A stretch of 64,000 nt of DNA from Candidatus Peregrinibacteria bacterium (GTDB taxonomy: Bacteria > Patescibacteriota > Gracilibacteria > CAIRYL01 > GCA-016699755). Below, one piece after another: positions 46,962 through 58,000 of this stretch. The stretch spans positions 6,101-70,100 of the forward strand of contig JANTGK010000001.1 of the NCBI GenBank assembly GCA_024762935.1. Reading direction: 5' to 3'. The notes under the pieces were generated by a model. That model ran no database searches and had not been told where the DNA came from. It saw only the letters and a list, made by a program, of their open reading frames with translations. A program made the position numbers and the translations under genes. The stretch's first letter is position 1, and every line of letters starts with the position of its first letter.

Positions 46962-47253
46962 ATTTTTAGTATATCATATCTCTTTTTTGTTCAAAAAATT
47001 TGCACGGTAAATATATACTTTTTTTTTCGTATAATTTTCCACTCTCTCTTTTGATATGAACAGCTATTCATCAGTATATTAATGAATACAAATATTGTAC
47101 TATTCCTCTCTTTTTTCTTTTGAAAAGAGAAAAAGATTTGTACGGATAATTTTCACTTCTTATAATAGAGATTGCTTCGATTTTGTTTTGGGGCAAAAGC
47201 AGCGGAAGAGACTTTCTGAGGCTGCATATAAAGAACAATATTTTTACTCAAAT

Positions 47254-48480
47254 ATGGCTCGAGAGATTGTCATCACCGGTATTGATGTCGGAAATCAAAA
47301 AATTAGAACGATTGTGGCAGTACTAGAACCTGATAAAAAAGAACCCCATATTATCGGAGTTGGTATATCTCCTTCATTTGGTCTTCGAAAAGGGGTTGTT
47401 GTTGATGCAGAGGAGCTTTCTTCAAATATATCAGCAAGCCTTGAAGATGCAGAGAGAATGAGCGGGATACCAGTAAGCCATGCCTTTGTTGGAATAAGTG
47501 GGACTCATGTCGAGTTTACTGCTTCAAAAGGAGTGGTTGCAATAGGAGGTAAAGAGATTTCAGAAGAAGATGTAGAACGCGTAAGGGAGGCAGCTGAGGC
47601 AGTGTCACTTCCTCAGAATAGATATAGACTTCGCACAATGCCTAGAGGTTATGCAGTAGACAGTCAAGATGGGATCAAGAATCCTGTCGGTCTTACCGGG
47701 ATTCGACTTGAAATAGATGCTCATATTATTTCTGGTCAAAAGCAAATTGTTGAAAATATAGAACGAGCAGTTCAACAGTCAGGTGTAGATGTGGATGATC
47801 TTGTTCCTGGGTTCTTGGCTGCTAGTGAGTCAGTTCTTTCTCGTCGACAAAAAGAACTCGGTGTTGTCATGATAGATATTGGTGCGGATTGTACAAACAT
47901 AGTAGTCTTTGAAGAGGGAGTCATTCTTCATTCGGCGGTTATTCCGGTGGGAGGCGGAAGTGTCACGAATGATATTGCTATTGGACTTCGAACGTCTATT
48001 GATACAGCAGAAAAAATTAAAATTGAATATGGTACTACTATGCCTGATGAAGTGAGAGATGCTGAAACAATAGATCTTTCTCTTCTTTCTAAAATCGATA
48101 CGCAGAAGGTATCAAAAAAGCATCTCGCTGAAATTATTCAGGCACGGTATCATGAAATTTTTGTCATGGTGAAGGATGAACTGAAAAGTATTGGTCGTGA
48201 TGGTATGCTCCCAGCAGGAGTGATTCTTACTGGAGCAGCTGTAAAAATGTCGGGTGCACTTGATATCGCACGAGATATTTTAGGACTTCCCGTTCAAATT
48301 GGATTTCCTCAAGGAGTTACGGGTGTTGTGGATAAAGTTGATGACCCCGCTTTTGCGACCGCTACTGGTCTCGCCCTTTGGGGGGTTAAGCATGAGCCTA
48401 TTCACTATGGATTAAAGATGCCCAATATTGGAAAAACATTCACATCTGTTGGCGGTCTTTTCAAAAAACTCCTCCCATAA
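47254..48480 (+). CDS. ftsA: cell division protein FtsA
   Basis: The start is trimmed to MAREIVITGIDVGNQKIRT at 47254. Actin-like ATPase motifs (DIGADCTNIVVF, VILTGAAVKMSG) are present. Confidence 0.9.
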   Translation: MAREIVITGIDVGNQKIRTIVAVLEPDKKEPHIIGVGISPSFGLRKGVVVDAEELSSNISASLEDAERMSGIPVSHAFVGISGTHVEFTASKGVVAIGGKEISEEDVERVREAAEAVSLPQNRYRLRTMPRGYAVDSQDGIKNPVGLTGIRLEIDAHIISGQKQIVENIERAVQQSGVDVDDLVPGFLAASESVLSRRQKELGVVMIDIGADCTNIVVFEEGVILHSAVIPVGGGSVTNDIAIGLRTSIDTAEKIKIEYGTTMPDEVRDAETIDLSLLSKIDTQKVSKKHLAEIIQARYHEIFVMVKDELKSIGRDGMLPAGVILTGAAVKMSGALDIARDILGLPVQIGFPQGVTGVVDKVDDPAFATATGLALWGVKHEPIHYGLKMPNIGKTFTSVGGLFKKLLP

Positions 48481-48482
48481 TT

Positions 48483-48827
48483 ATGAACGTCATTCATTTT
48501 GAAACATCGGCAGATATTGAGAAAAAGTTTGAGGAAATTGATGTTGACCCTCATGCGAGAGACATCATGCTCGAAAAATTTCAGTTTTATGTTCTCGAAA
48601 TTTGTGATGTAAAGACTGTTGAGGCGAATATTCTGAAGCAGGAAATGCTTATTCTTGGTGGAGAAGCTGCGGTAAATCGCCATTCAATTTCTTGCTCTGT
48701 TCCAACGACAACTGTACTGCTTTCCGGAACCAAAAAAATATTTCGCAATCTTTACCAGAGGATTCAATCACAGGTGGGGGATTTACCAAAATATGCTGAT
48801 AATATCAAAGAACTCTTGTTCTCTTGA
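48483..48827 (+). CDS. conserved hypothetical protein between ftsA and ftsZ
   Basis: 114 aa, starting 3 nt after the ftsA stop. From memory, the motif EANILKQEMLILGGEAAV resembles an accessory N-terminal domain fused to some DHPS-like proteins (uncertain). Confidence 0.6.
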   Translation: MNVIHFETSADIEKKFEEIDVDPHARDIMLEKFQFYVLEICDVKTVEANILKQEMLILGGEAAVNRHSISCSVPTTTVLLSGTKKIFRNLYQRIQSQVGDLPKYADNIKELLFS

Positions 48828-48839
48828 TTATCTTTTGAA

Positions 48840-50057
48840 ATGAATTTTTTCTTTTTTACCCTTATGTCCGACGCAAATTTAAAATCAATTTTTTCAGGCT
48901 CCTCTTCTTCATCAGCAAAGAAAAAGTCTACTGTTAGTGAGGTCACTCCTGATCTTTCTCCAAATGCTGTTATACGAGTTATTGGTGTTGGTGGTGCTGG
49001 AAATAATGCTGTAAATCGAATGATTGATGCACGTATTCAGGGGGTTGATTTTGTTCAACTCAATACAGATGCTCAAGCACTCTTTCATTGTAATGCTTCA
49101 AATAAGATTAATATTGGAAAAGGTATCACAAAAGGACTCGGAGCTGGAGCTGACCCTGAAATCGGAAAAAAATCAGCTGAGGAATCCCTTGAGGAAATAC
49201 GAGATATGATTGAAGGAGCTGATATGATATTTATTACCTGTGGTCTTGGGGGAGGAACTGGTACTGGGGCAGCACCTGTTGTTGCTGACCTTGCACGAGA
49301 GATGGGAATACTAACGATAGGTATTGTGACAAGACCTTTCTCTTTTGAGGGGTCACAGCGACGTCAGAAGGCTCTTGATGGACTCAAAGAGCTTGAAGAG
49401 AAGGTCGACACACTCATTACCATACCAAATGATAAAATCCTTTCTATTATTGATAAGAAAACTCCTGTTATGGATGCTTTTGTTATTGTAGATGATGTTC
49501 TTCGTCAGGGTATTCAAGGTATCTCTGATTTGATTACTACTCATGGACTTATCAATGTGGACTTTGCTGACGTTAAATCTATTATGCAGAATGCTGGTTC
49601 TGCTCTTATGGGTATTGGGTTTGGAAGTGGAGAAAATCGAGCTGCAGAAGCCGCTCGAACGGCCATTGATTCGCCTCTTCTGGAATTGGCTATTGATGGT
49701 GCAAAGGGGATACTCTTTAATATTACAGGGGGACATGATCTTTCTATGTTTGAAGTCGATGAGGCAGCGAGAATTATTACAGAGGCTGCTGATCCAGATG
49801 CAAATATCATTTTCGGGTCAGTTATTAGTGAGGCTTTTACTGGAGAAGTCAAAGTAACGGTCATTGCTACTGGTTTTGAGAAATCAACAGCGGAGGCGGA
49901 AAAAGATACATCTGCTGTTCGACGTCTTGGACGTCCTAATCTTTTAGGGGGTACAACCGGACAACCCCAGTCTTCTCCTATAGGGAAGCCATTATCATCA
50001 AAAAAAGAGGAGGACCTTGAGGTTCCTGCTTTTATGCGAAAATCTCTCAGTAAGTAG
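48840..50057 (+). CDS. ftsZ: cell division protein FtsZ
   Basis: [13 protein letters not shown] and [13 protein letters not shown]. The start could instead be ATG 48864 (MSDANLK). Confidence 0.95.
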   Translation: MNFFFFTLMSDANLKSIFSGSSSSSAKKKSTVSEVTPDLSPNAVIRVIGVGGAGNNAVNRMIDARIQGVDFVQLNTDAQALFHCNASNKINIGKGITKGLGAGADPEIGKKSAEESLEEIRDMIEGADMIFITCGLGGGTGTGAAPVVADLAREMGILTIGIVTRPFSFEGSQRRQKALDGLKELEEKVDTLITIPNDKILSIIDKKTPVMDAFVIVDDVLRQGIQGISDLITTHGLINVDFADVKSIMQNAGSALMGIGFGSGENRAAEAARTAIDSPLLELAIDGAKGILFNITGGHDLSMFEVDEAARIITEAADPDANIIFGSVISEAFTGEVKVTVIATGFEKSTAEAEKDTSAVRRLGRPNLLGGTTGQPQSSPIGKPLSSKKEEDLEVPAFMRKSLSK

Positions 50058-50087
50058 TTGAGTATAGATTTTTCAATAATGACATAA

Positions 50088-50120
50088 AGGATTGAAGAGA
50101 AAATCTTCAATCCTTTTTTA
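50088..50120 (+). terminator. rho-independent terminator after ftsZ
   Basis: Perfect 11-bp stem AGGATTGAAGA/TCTTCAATCCT with loop GAAAA, followed by TTTTTTA. Confidence 0.85.
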
Positions 50121-50174
50121 TATTCGGATTTTCCAGAAGTTTGAAAAATAGGCTTTCTTTCTCCGAGTATTTAC

Positions 50175-50810
50175 ATGACAATACCGCTACGCTTTCTTAG
50201 TAGTTTTTTTATGAAACAACACGAAGAGCTTTTAGAGATACGTCGAAAAACGCTTCATCTTATCATTGGTGTTTGTTTGGCTGGGACTCTTTGGATGGGT
50301 TTTATTGATGCTCTTCTTCTTCTTTCTCTCACATTATTTTTATTGGGTTTTTTTTTGGTTGTGCGCGAATTTCATGTACAGTCACCTGTTCTCTATCGCA
50401 TTTTACGTTTGTTTGAGAGAGAGAAACATATTCATGCTTTTCCTGGAAAATCAGCTATTTGTTTTCTTTTCGGCTGTACCATTTCAGCCCTTCTCTTTCC
50501 TCGTGATATTGCTGTTGCCAGTATTCTTATACTCGCATTTGGTGATGCACTTGGAAACCTTATTGGTCACCATTTTGGAAAAATAAAAACACCATTTCAT
50601 CCGAAGAAAAAAATTGAAGGCCCAATAGTCGCTACGTTTATATCTGCTTTTGCTGCTAGTTTTTTTGTTCCATTTTTTCCGGCACTTATTGCAAGTGCAG
50701 GAGCATTAACACTCGAAATTCCTGAATGGAGAATATTTGGTGTGCATATAGATGATAATGTAATAATTCCTCTTACATCAGGATTTATACTCCTCTTGCT
50801 TGTTTGGTAA
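50175..50810 (+). CDS. polytopic membrane protein of the CTP-transferase-1 / polyprenol (dolichol, phytol) kinase-like family
   Basis: 211 aa with 5-6 TM spans. Motif AFGDALGNLIGHHFGK. The start may be the internal MKQHEEL. Confidence 0.55.
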   Translation: MTIPLRFLSSFFMKQHEELLEIRRKTLHLIIGVCLAGTLWMGFIDALLLLSLTLFLLGFFLVVREFHVQSPVLYRILRLFEREKHIHAFPGKSAICFLFGCTISALLFPRDIAVASILILAFGDALGNLIGHHFGKIKTPFHPKKKIEGPIVATFISAFAASFFVPFFPALIASAGALTLEIPEWRIFGVHIDDNVIIPLTSGFILLLLVW

Positions 50811-50812
50811 CC

Positions 50813-52132
50813 CTATTGCGTTACTTGTTCTGCTTCATTTTCTGATTCTTTTGATTCTATATTATATTCTGATTTTAGATTTTCAAGTGATTCACCTTGA
50901 AGATATTTAACAGCAAAATCCATTTGGGGATCGATATCATTTTCAATATCTTCCAGTGATCTTTTCAGAAGAATGTCAGGAGTGATACCAACTTTATTAA
51001 TACTTCGTCCATTTGGTGTCAGCCATCTTGCAATAGTGATTCTCAGGTGTGATCCATCATGCATGGGAATAACCTCTTGTACTGTCCCTTTTCCAAAACT
51101 TTGATCTCCAACAACTATCCCTCGCTTTAGGTCTTGAATGGCACCAGCGACTATTTCACTTGCTGATGCAGATCCTCGGTTTTGTAAAACAACGAGAGGT
51201 AAGTCAGTTTTTACATTGCCCGATGTATACATTTTTTTGGTATCTGGAGGTCTTCCTTTTTGAATTACTACTATTCCTGTCTTTTTAAATGCAGAGACTA
51301 CTTCTATTGCGGTATCAAGATATCCGCCAGAATTGTATCGAAGATCTAATATAATACCTTGTGCATCTTTTGTCGATACTTCTGAGAGAGCTTTTTTGAA
51401 TTCTTGTTCTGTGTTTGTGCCAAATTGACTGACTTCAATAATAGCAATAGGCCCCTCCCATTTGAGTTCTACTGTTTCAACTCGAATCTTATCACGTTTA
51501 ATTTTTATTTCTTTTTCTTCTCCTGTGCTTGTTCGAAATACAAGAATGTTTACCGTGCTTCCTTTTTTTCCACGAATCTTCTTTACGACATTTAAAAAGT
51601 CTTCACCTGAAGCTGGTTCTCCATCTACTTTTAATATAATGTCTTCTGGGAGCAGTCCTGCTTTTTCTGCTGGGGAGTCACGGAGGGGGGATACGACAAT
51701 AATTGCACCTTGCTTGACGGTCAGTTCGGCTCCGATTCCTTCGAGGTCACCATCAAGTTCATGTTCAAAATCCTCACTTTCTTCGGGAGACATAAATTCT
51801 GAATAGGGATCATTAAGGGACCAAATAAGGCCACGAACAATTCCATATTTCATCTTTTCTGGATCTATTTGAGAAGGGTCAACAAATTTCTCCTTAATAA
51901 TACTTATCGCATCTCTCATGAGAGACACATCAATAGAGTCAATATCAGCATCAGGAATAATAGTGGCGTCTGTATCAATAAATTCAGTTGGGGGTGGACC
52001 CTGTTCATCTACTTTTGACTCGGCGATTACCCATCCGAGTGAAAAGGCAAAAATGGGGAGTAGTACAAAAGATATAAAAGAGATTGGACCACCGCCATGG
52101 TACCCACCTTGTGAATCAGTTGAAAATTTCAT
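50813..52132 (-). CDS. ctpA: carboxyl-terminal processing protease (S41) with PDZ domain
   Basis: 439 aa. PDZ segment (SPAEKAGLLPEDIILKVDG) and the catalytic region GSASASEIVAGA. Confidence 0.9.
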   Translation of the reverse strand: MKFSTDSQGGYHGGGPISFISFVLLPIFAFSLGWVIAESKVDEQGPPPTEFIDTDATIIPDADIDSIDVSLMRDAISIIKEKFVDPSQIDPEKMKYGIVRGLIWSLNDPYSEFMSPEESEDFEHELDGDLEGIGAELTVKQGAIIVVSPLRDSPAEKAGLLPEDIILKVDGEPASGEDFLNVVKKIRGKKGSTVNILVFRTSTGEEKEIKIKRDKIRVETVELKWEGPIAIIEVSQFGTNTEQEFKKALSEVSTKDAQGIILDLRYNSGGYLDTAIEVVSAFKKTGIVVIQKGRPPDTKKMYTSGNVKTDLPLVVLQNRGSASASEIVAGAIQDLKRGIVVGDQSFGKGTVQEVIPMHDGSHLRITIARWLTPNGRSINKVGITPDILLKRSLEDIENDIDPQMDFAVKYLQGESLENLKSEYNIESKESENEAEQVTQ

Positions 52133-52911
52133 AGTGTTTCTTCAAAAATCTCTATTTCTTTAAAATTTTGCGTTTTTCCTTTAGAAATGTCCAGTAATAC
52201 CCCTCGAAATACTGATGGTCCGAGCGCAGGTTCAAACTTTTTTCTCCCCGTTGGAGAGAGAAAATTTTCGATTCCTGATTCAAGTTTGAGTCCGATAATA
52301 GATTCGACAGGTCCAGTCATGCCAATATCTGTTTGAAAATATGTACCTCCTTTCCATATCTTTCCATCTGCTGTAGGTATATGTGTGTGAGTACCGATAA
52401 GTGCTGTTATTTTTTTTCGAAAGTGATGAAAGAATGCTGCCTTTTCACTTGTTGTCTCAGCATGAAAATCTACAAATATTCCTTCCAAATCTTCATGCTC
52501 CCATTGGTGAAGAATTTTTTCCATGGTTCGAAAAGGACATAAAGCTGGGATTTTCATAAATACTCTCCCGAGTAGATTTACAATGCCAAGTTTTTCTCCT
52601 TTTCTTTTTATAATACGTGAACCAATACCAGGAGCCCCATCTTCTAGATTTACTGGTCTGATTATATTATGACGATTGTGATCATATAATTTTGCATTTT
52701 GGAAACTGTGATTTCCTCCAGTAAAAAAATCAACCCCATAAGACTCCATTTCTTTGAGTGTTTTTTCTGTGGTAGACATACCACCTGCAAGATTTTCTGC
52801 GTTTTGTATCACAAAAAGGGGTTCATGCTTTTTTTTTAAATTCGGCAGAACGGTTGATATAATTCTTCGACCGGCTCTGCCGACAGTATCTCCGATAAAG
52901 AGAATTTTCAT
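52129..52911 (-). CDS. ymdB: YmdB-like metallophosphoesterase (TIGR00282 family)
   Basis: 260 aa. MKILFIGDTVGRAGRRI and GNHSF motifs. There is a 4-nt overlap with ctpA. Confidence 0.85.
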   Translation of the reverse strand: MKILFIGDTVGRAGRRIISTVLPNLKKKHEPLFVIQNAENLAGGMSTTEKTLKEMESYGVDFFTGGNHSFQNAKLYDHNRHNIIRPVNLEDGAPGIGSRIIKRKGEKLGIVNLLGRVFMKIPALCPFRTMEKILHQWEHEDLEGIFVDFHAETTSEKAAFFHHFRKKITALIGTHTHIPTADGKIWKGGTYFQTDIGMTGPVESIIGLKLESGIENFLSPTGRKKFEPALGPSVFRGVLLDISKGKTQNFKEIEIFEETL

Positions 52912-52913
52912 GC

Positions 52914-53609
52914 TTATGACGCTATTTCTGCAGTATTGATAGGGATTCCAGGGCCCATGGAAGGAGTAATAGTAATAGAGTTGATATATGTTCCCTTTAT
53001 TCCTGATGGTTTATGATCGATAACTGCTTTCAAAAATGCATCTGCATTTTTGAAAAGATCTCCTTCAGAAAAAGATGCCTTTCCAAGAACTGAATGTATA
53101 ATTCCATTTTTATCTGTTTTAAACTCAATTTTTCCTTTTTTTAATTCGGAAATTGCTGTTGCGATATCTGGTGTCACGGTTCCTGCTTTTGGTGAAGGCA
53201 TAAGCCCTTTTGGTCCGAGTACTCGGGCAATTTTTGCAAGAGATTTCATCATATTTGGTGTAGCAACAGCAACATCAAAATTTATTTCTCCTTTTCCAAC
53301 GGTCTCTATGAGATCCTCGCCACCAATGATATCAGCTCCGGCTTTTTTTGCAGCTTTTGCATCACTTTCATCACAGAATGCAGCAATTTTTACTGTTTTC
53401 CCTGTCCCAGCTGGAAGGGTGATCGTTGCACGGACCACTTGGTCAGCATGTTTTACATTTGCGCCTGTTGCAATATGAATTTCAATTGTTGAATCAAAAG
53501 AAGTCTTCGAAATCTTTTTTACAAGACCACATGCTTCTTGAAGAGTGTATTTTTTTTCTGCTGTGATGAGTTCTGCAGCAGAACGATATTTTTTGCCATG
53601 TTTGGACAT
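52914..53609 (-). CDS. rplA: 50S ribosomal protein L1
   Basis: The start is trimmed to MSKHGKKYRSAAE at 53609. Conserved LGPKGLMPSPKAGTVT. Confidence 0.95.
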   Translation of the reverse strand: MSKHGKKYRSAAELITAEKKYTLQEACGLVKKISKTSFDSTIEIHIATGANVKHADQVVRATITLPAGTGKTVKIAAFCDESDAKAAKKAGADIIGGEDLIETVGKGEINFDVAVATPNMMKSLAKIARVLGPKGLMPSPKAGTVTPDIATAISELKKGKIEFKTDKNGIIHSVLGKASFSEGDLFKNADAFLKAVIDHKPSGIKGTYINSITITPSMGPGIPINTAEIAS

Positions 53610-53760
53610 AAAAGTGATGAGAAAGAAAAGTGGTGCAAACCCCCTCATTTTTTCTGTCTGGAGGGTGATGTTTTATCATCTGTAACCAAGTCAGAAGTTC
53701 CTAAGAGGTCCCACGTAGTAATGATTTTGACGTTCTTTTTTATTGAGGTCAAGGAGAATA

Positions 53761-53848
53761 GTTGCAAAGGGACAAGGCTCCAAGGATGCGGAGCCCCAAA
53801 GGTGCAAAGCTTCAAAGATGCAAAGGTATAGGGTTATAAAGTTGCAAA
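53761..53848 (+). repeat. array of eleven phased octamers (GNTNCAAA words)
   Basis: Reads gttgcaaa gggacaag gctccaag gatgcgga gccccaaa ggtgcaaa gcttcaaa gatgcaaa ggtatagg gttataaa gttgcaaa. The last units overlap the stop and final codons of the minus-strand GT1 gene. Confidence 0.85.
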
Positions 53849-54958
53849 CAGAATTTTTATCATTTTAGAAATATAGTTTTCAGTTGAAAAATTTCTGGAG
53901 TTCTTTTTAGCATTTTTTCCCATTTGGAGACGAATTCCGGGATTATTTAGGAGGTATCTCATCTTATCCTTTGCATCTGCAAGATCTCCCGGTTTAAAAA
54001 GGAGTCCGGTTTTTTGATGTATGACAACCTCGGGGATACCTCCAATATCTGGAGCGAGTGAAGGGATTGTAAATTCAGCTGCCTCTATAAAAGTTATTCC
54101 AAAGGTCTCATACTTTGAACAACTACAAAAAACATCGAGTGATGCATAAAAATTTGAAAGATGAGTTCCTGAGAGATGACCAAGAAGAGTGATATTTTGA
54201 AGCGCTTTTTTTTCAATGGAGTGGCGCATTTTTTTTTCTTCAGGTCCTTCTCCAGCAATAAGAAAAGTATGCAGAGGAAAATATTCTGCCAATTCTATAA
54301 AACATGACATATTTTTTTCTGGAGCTAATCTTCCGGCACTGCCTATGGTGAGTTTTTGAGATTTTATCTTCCTTTTTGTCGGCTTTGGAAGGTGGGGAGT
54401 GGCATTTGGAATAACAGAGATATTGTCACTATGAGAAAGAAGTGTGAGCTCTTTTTTCATCTTGTTACTGGGAACGATTATCTGAACAAAACGACTCCAT
54501 ATTTTCCATAAAAAAAGGAGTGGATTTTTAAAAAACCATTTTCCCAGTGGTGCATGGTGTGCCCAAGTCACCTTGTATCCAAAGAGTTTGGCAAGAGGGG
54601 TGAGAAAGCATTTTTCAAAAAAGCTGAGCATAAGAATACTTTTATACCCTTGAATACGTAAAAAGAGTAATACGAAAAATCCCTGTATACAGAGAAAGGG
54701 GGCGGTAAGAGGGAGAAGAAGAAGAGACTGTATCGAAGTCGGATCTGGCAGAAATACTGCTCGAATCGAAGGAATGTTTTGTTTGTGTGAGAGGTTCAAA
54801 AAATGTTTACAGCTACTCCAAATACTTACTTCATATTTCATCTTTTTTAACTCTTCTATCAGTATTTTGTGGATTTCTTCTTCACCACCCCACCCAGATT
54901 CTAGAGGAAATCTGACAATACAAAGTTTTTGCCTTTTTGTGCCCTTTTTTTTATCCAT
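53834..54958 (-). CDS. family 1 (GT4-type) glycosyltransferase
   Basis: 374 aa. ETFGITFIEAAEFTIPSLAPDIGGIPEVV is the EX7E region. Confidence 0.8.
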   Translation of the reverse strand: MDKKKGTKRQKLCIVRFPLESGWGGEEEIHKILIEELKKMKYEVSIWSSCKHFLNLSHKQNIPSIRAVFLPDPTSIQSLLLLPLTAPFLCIQGFFVLLFLRIQGYKSILMLSFFEKCFLTPLAKLFGYKVTWAHHAPLGKWFFKNPLLFLWKIWSRFVQIIVPSNKMKKELTLLSHSDNISVIPNATPHLPKPTKRKIKSQKLTIGSAGRLAPEKNMSCFIELAEYFPLHTFLIAGEGPEEKKMRHSIEKKALQNITLLGHLSGTHLSNFYASLDVFCSCSKYETFGITFIEAAEFTIPSLAPDIGGIPEVVIHQKTGLLFKPGDLADAKDKMRYLLNNPGIRLQMGKNAKKNSRNFSTENYISKMIKILFATL

Positions 54959-55046
54959 ATATCATCGGAAATGTTACCAAAGTACGATTTTTTAAGAAAT
55001 TGACTAAATAGTTAAAATAGTTTAAAATAATTTATTAAACATAAAT

Positions 55047-58000
55047 ATGAAAGTAAACGTTCTTGCTCAAAAAATTGGATTTGGATTTCTCTTTTTCTGT
55101 ATCCTTACCTCAAGTTCATTTGCCCTTAGGCTTACTGATCTTTCAGATGGAAAAACAGAGGATCAGCTCAAGGGGTTAGTAGAGGAGACCGTTGTTGATC
55201 CTGCTGCTACTCGAGGCCTTGTTACAGATATTAGAGAGCCTGTTATTGAGGCTATTACCATACAAAATAATAAAGAAACAGATGGTGCTTCTCTTGCACT
55301 TCATGGCAAAGAGCTTCTCCCTACAAACGGACGTGTGACTGTCTCTTTTGTGACTTTAAATGGACAGGGGAGTGTCTCAGCTTTTTCCTATTCGTCAAAA
55401 TCTCTTTTGTTATTCCCTCTTCCAAAAAATGTGATTTCGGGTGATGTAGTTGTTTCTGCAACAGGAGAGAATCAGCAGACCAAAAAAAGTAAGCCATTTT
55501 ATTTTGAATACCACCCCCCTGAAATTCTTTTTGTTACGGGCAAGGATGGTTTTGGGCCAGGAAAAACAATACAGGTCTGGGGAAATTATTTTGACGGTGT
55601 GTATTTTCGAGATGGTGGAAAATCCAAAATGGCAGAAATGAGGAGCGGAGTACTGAAGGGAGGCGATGATGTTTCTGTAAAAGGAAATCTTTCGATGGTG
55701 GAGCTTACTCTTCCTATCAAGAATTATAATAAGAAGTTTTGGATTGAACGAAATTGTGATGCAAAGGGGGAAAATTGCCTAAAAAGTAATGAAATTGATT
55801 TCTCGAGTATGATTCATCCTCTTATTACAGAACTCCAAATAGATTATCAAAACTGGGAAGGGACTCTATATGGAGAAAATTTTCCTGAAGATGAATCTGT
55901 CGTTTCGCTTACATTTGGAGATAAGAGGCCTTCATTGTCTTCTTATTCTTCGAAAGAAAATAAACTTACCTTTCCTCTTCCTTGTCCTCTTCCGGGAAGG
56001 GCTGTTGTAAGACTGAATTATAAAACGATAAAAAGTAATCCACTTCTTTTTGTTGTAGAAGATGCTCCAGTAATATTGAGTTCAAGTGTTGCTCCATCAG
56101 AAAATATAGGAACTATGCACTATGAAGTTTCTGTAAACGAAAGGCTTGATATTCCAAAACAATCACAATGTACCAAGGACAGAACTATTTTTGTGGGTGG
56201 GAGAGAGTATGCTCTTCGCAAATATGGCGGAAAATATCTCAGTGGAGATGTGTCTGAATCAGCTATTCCTGCTTCTGCGAATATGTCTGTTGTTTTTCAG
56301 GGTATTGAGTCAAATATTATTCCGTTTGAGAAGAAGAAATTTACTCGAACACCGCATATTTATCGTATTGAAAGTAAGTATGGTTTTCGGCCAGGTGCTC
56401 CATTTCAGATATTTGGAAGAAATTTTGGGAATTCATATAAGTCTTGCGATTCAGGTGTGGGAACTATTAATGGGCCGGCTGTATATTCTGAAGACAGATA
56501 TAAAGTCCGTATTGGAACAGATTCTAATGGTGATCCCATCTATGATCAACGCTGTGACAGAATCCCGCCAACGGTAAAGCCAGAACGAATTGATGCACAA
56601 TTCGCTTCTCTTGCTTATGGTGAACGAACAGGGGTCTCAGATTCTTCTCTTTCCTTTTCAATATCAGGAGTAACGAGCAATTCCTTAAAAATTCATTTTG
56701 GTGACAAGTCAGAAAAGATTGTTCAGGCTGCTCCAGAGATTTCAGCTATTGAGTATCCAGAGGGGCATCTGCCAGGCGATCATATTATTCTTCGAGGAAA
56801 TGAATTTGGGAAAGGGGCAAAACACAATGTGGTATCTTTTGGGAATAAAAAAGTGTTGCCGGTCGGGTCAAACAATCGAGGAACGGAATTGACAGTGAAA
56901 ATTCCTAAAGGAGCTAAGAGTGGAAGTATAACTGTCTTTCGAAAAACTCCTCATCCCCAAACATCTTCTCCTTATGAGGTCATTATTTCGCCACATCCAG
57001 AGAAAAAAGCTATTTTCTCTTTTGCTGAAAAGGATGATGCCATTGTGGAATTAGAGGATGCAGAAAAGCCTTTTTCATTTCCTGCTATTAAGTATGTGAA
57101 TTCCATTGGAGATTTACAGGTGAACAATTTTCGTTTGGAGATTAAATGGGTTGATGGAGATCCAGAAGATATTCACGCATTGAAAAATGCAAAAATACCT
57201 CCTTTTGGTGTTTTTACTTTAAAACGGAATGGAGAAGCTGTTTCTGAGCAGGAAGTAGCGCACTACTCTGGAAAAAATATTACTTTAAATTTTCCCCCTT
57301 TTGTAATTCCTTTGACACAAGGTGAATCAGATTCTCTTACTGTGGAAACGACACTTCTCCCTTTTGCTACAAAAGGATCAAAATTTCAGATGATATTTTC
57401 ACCTCAGAAAAAGAGAGATCTCACACTCTTGAATATTGATTCGAATACAGGAATTTATGCACAACCAAAAGAGAGTATTTCTTCCGCCTCTTTTACTATA
57501 CATACAAATGCCTTCTCTACATGTATTGATGTGGATACAGGAGGCACTCATTGTCGAGAATATGATGAGCGCATTAAGCAAAATCAAACATATTCCCAGT
57601 CAAAAAAAACATCGAAGACATCACGTACTGTGGAGAAGACATTGTCACGTCGAGAAAAAGTTGAGCAAATTTTGGCACGACAACAAAAAGAGAAAGAGCG
57701 TCGTGTTCGTGAGATTTTTCATGAAAAAGAAAAAACAGAAGAAACACGAATAAAAAAAGTCATTGAGAATAAAAGTGAAAAACTTCTTACTCTTGCCGAG
57801 AGGATGACACAGAAATATGGGAAAGAAAAAGGGAATCAAATCCTCTCCATACTTCAGAAACAACATTCTCTCTCTCAAAATCGAATGAAAGGTTCTCCAT
57901 CTTATATCAGGGAACAGAATGCAATTCAGAAGGCGAAAGATGAGGAAAAGAAAATTCGTCAAAAGATTGTTCAAAAAACAGAGAAACTGTATTCTCGGTT

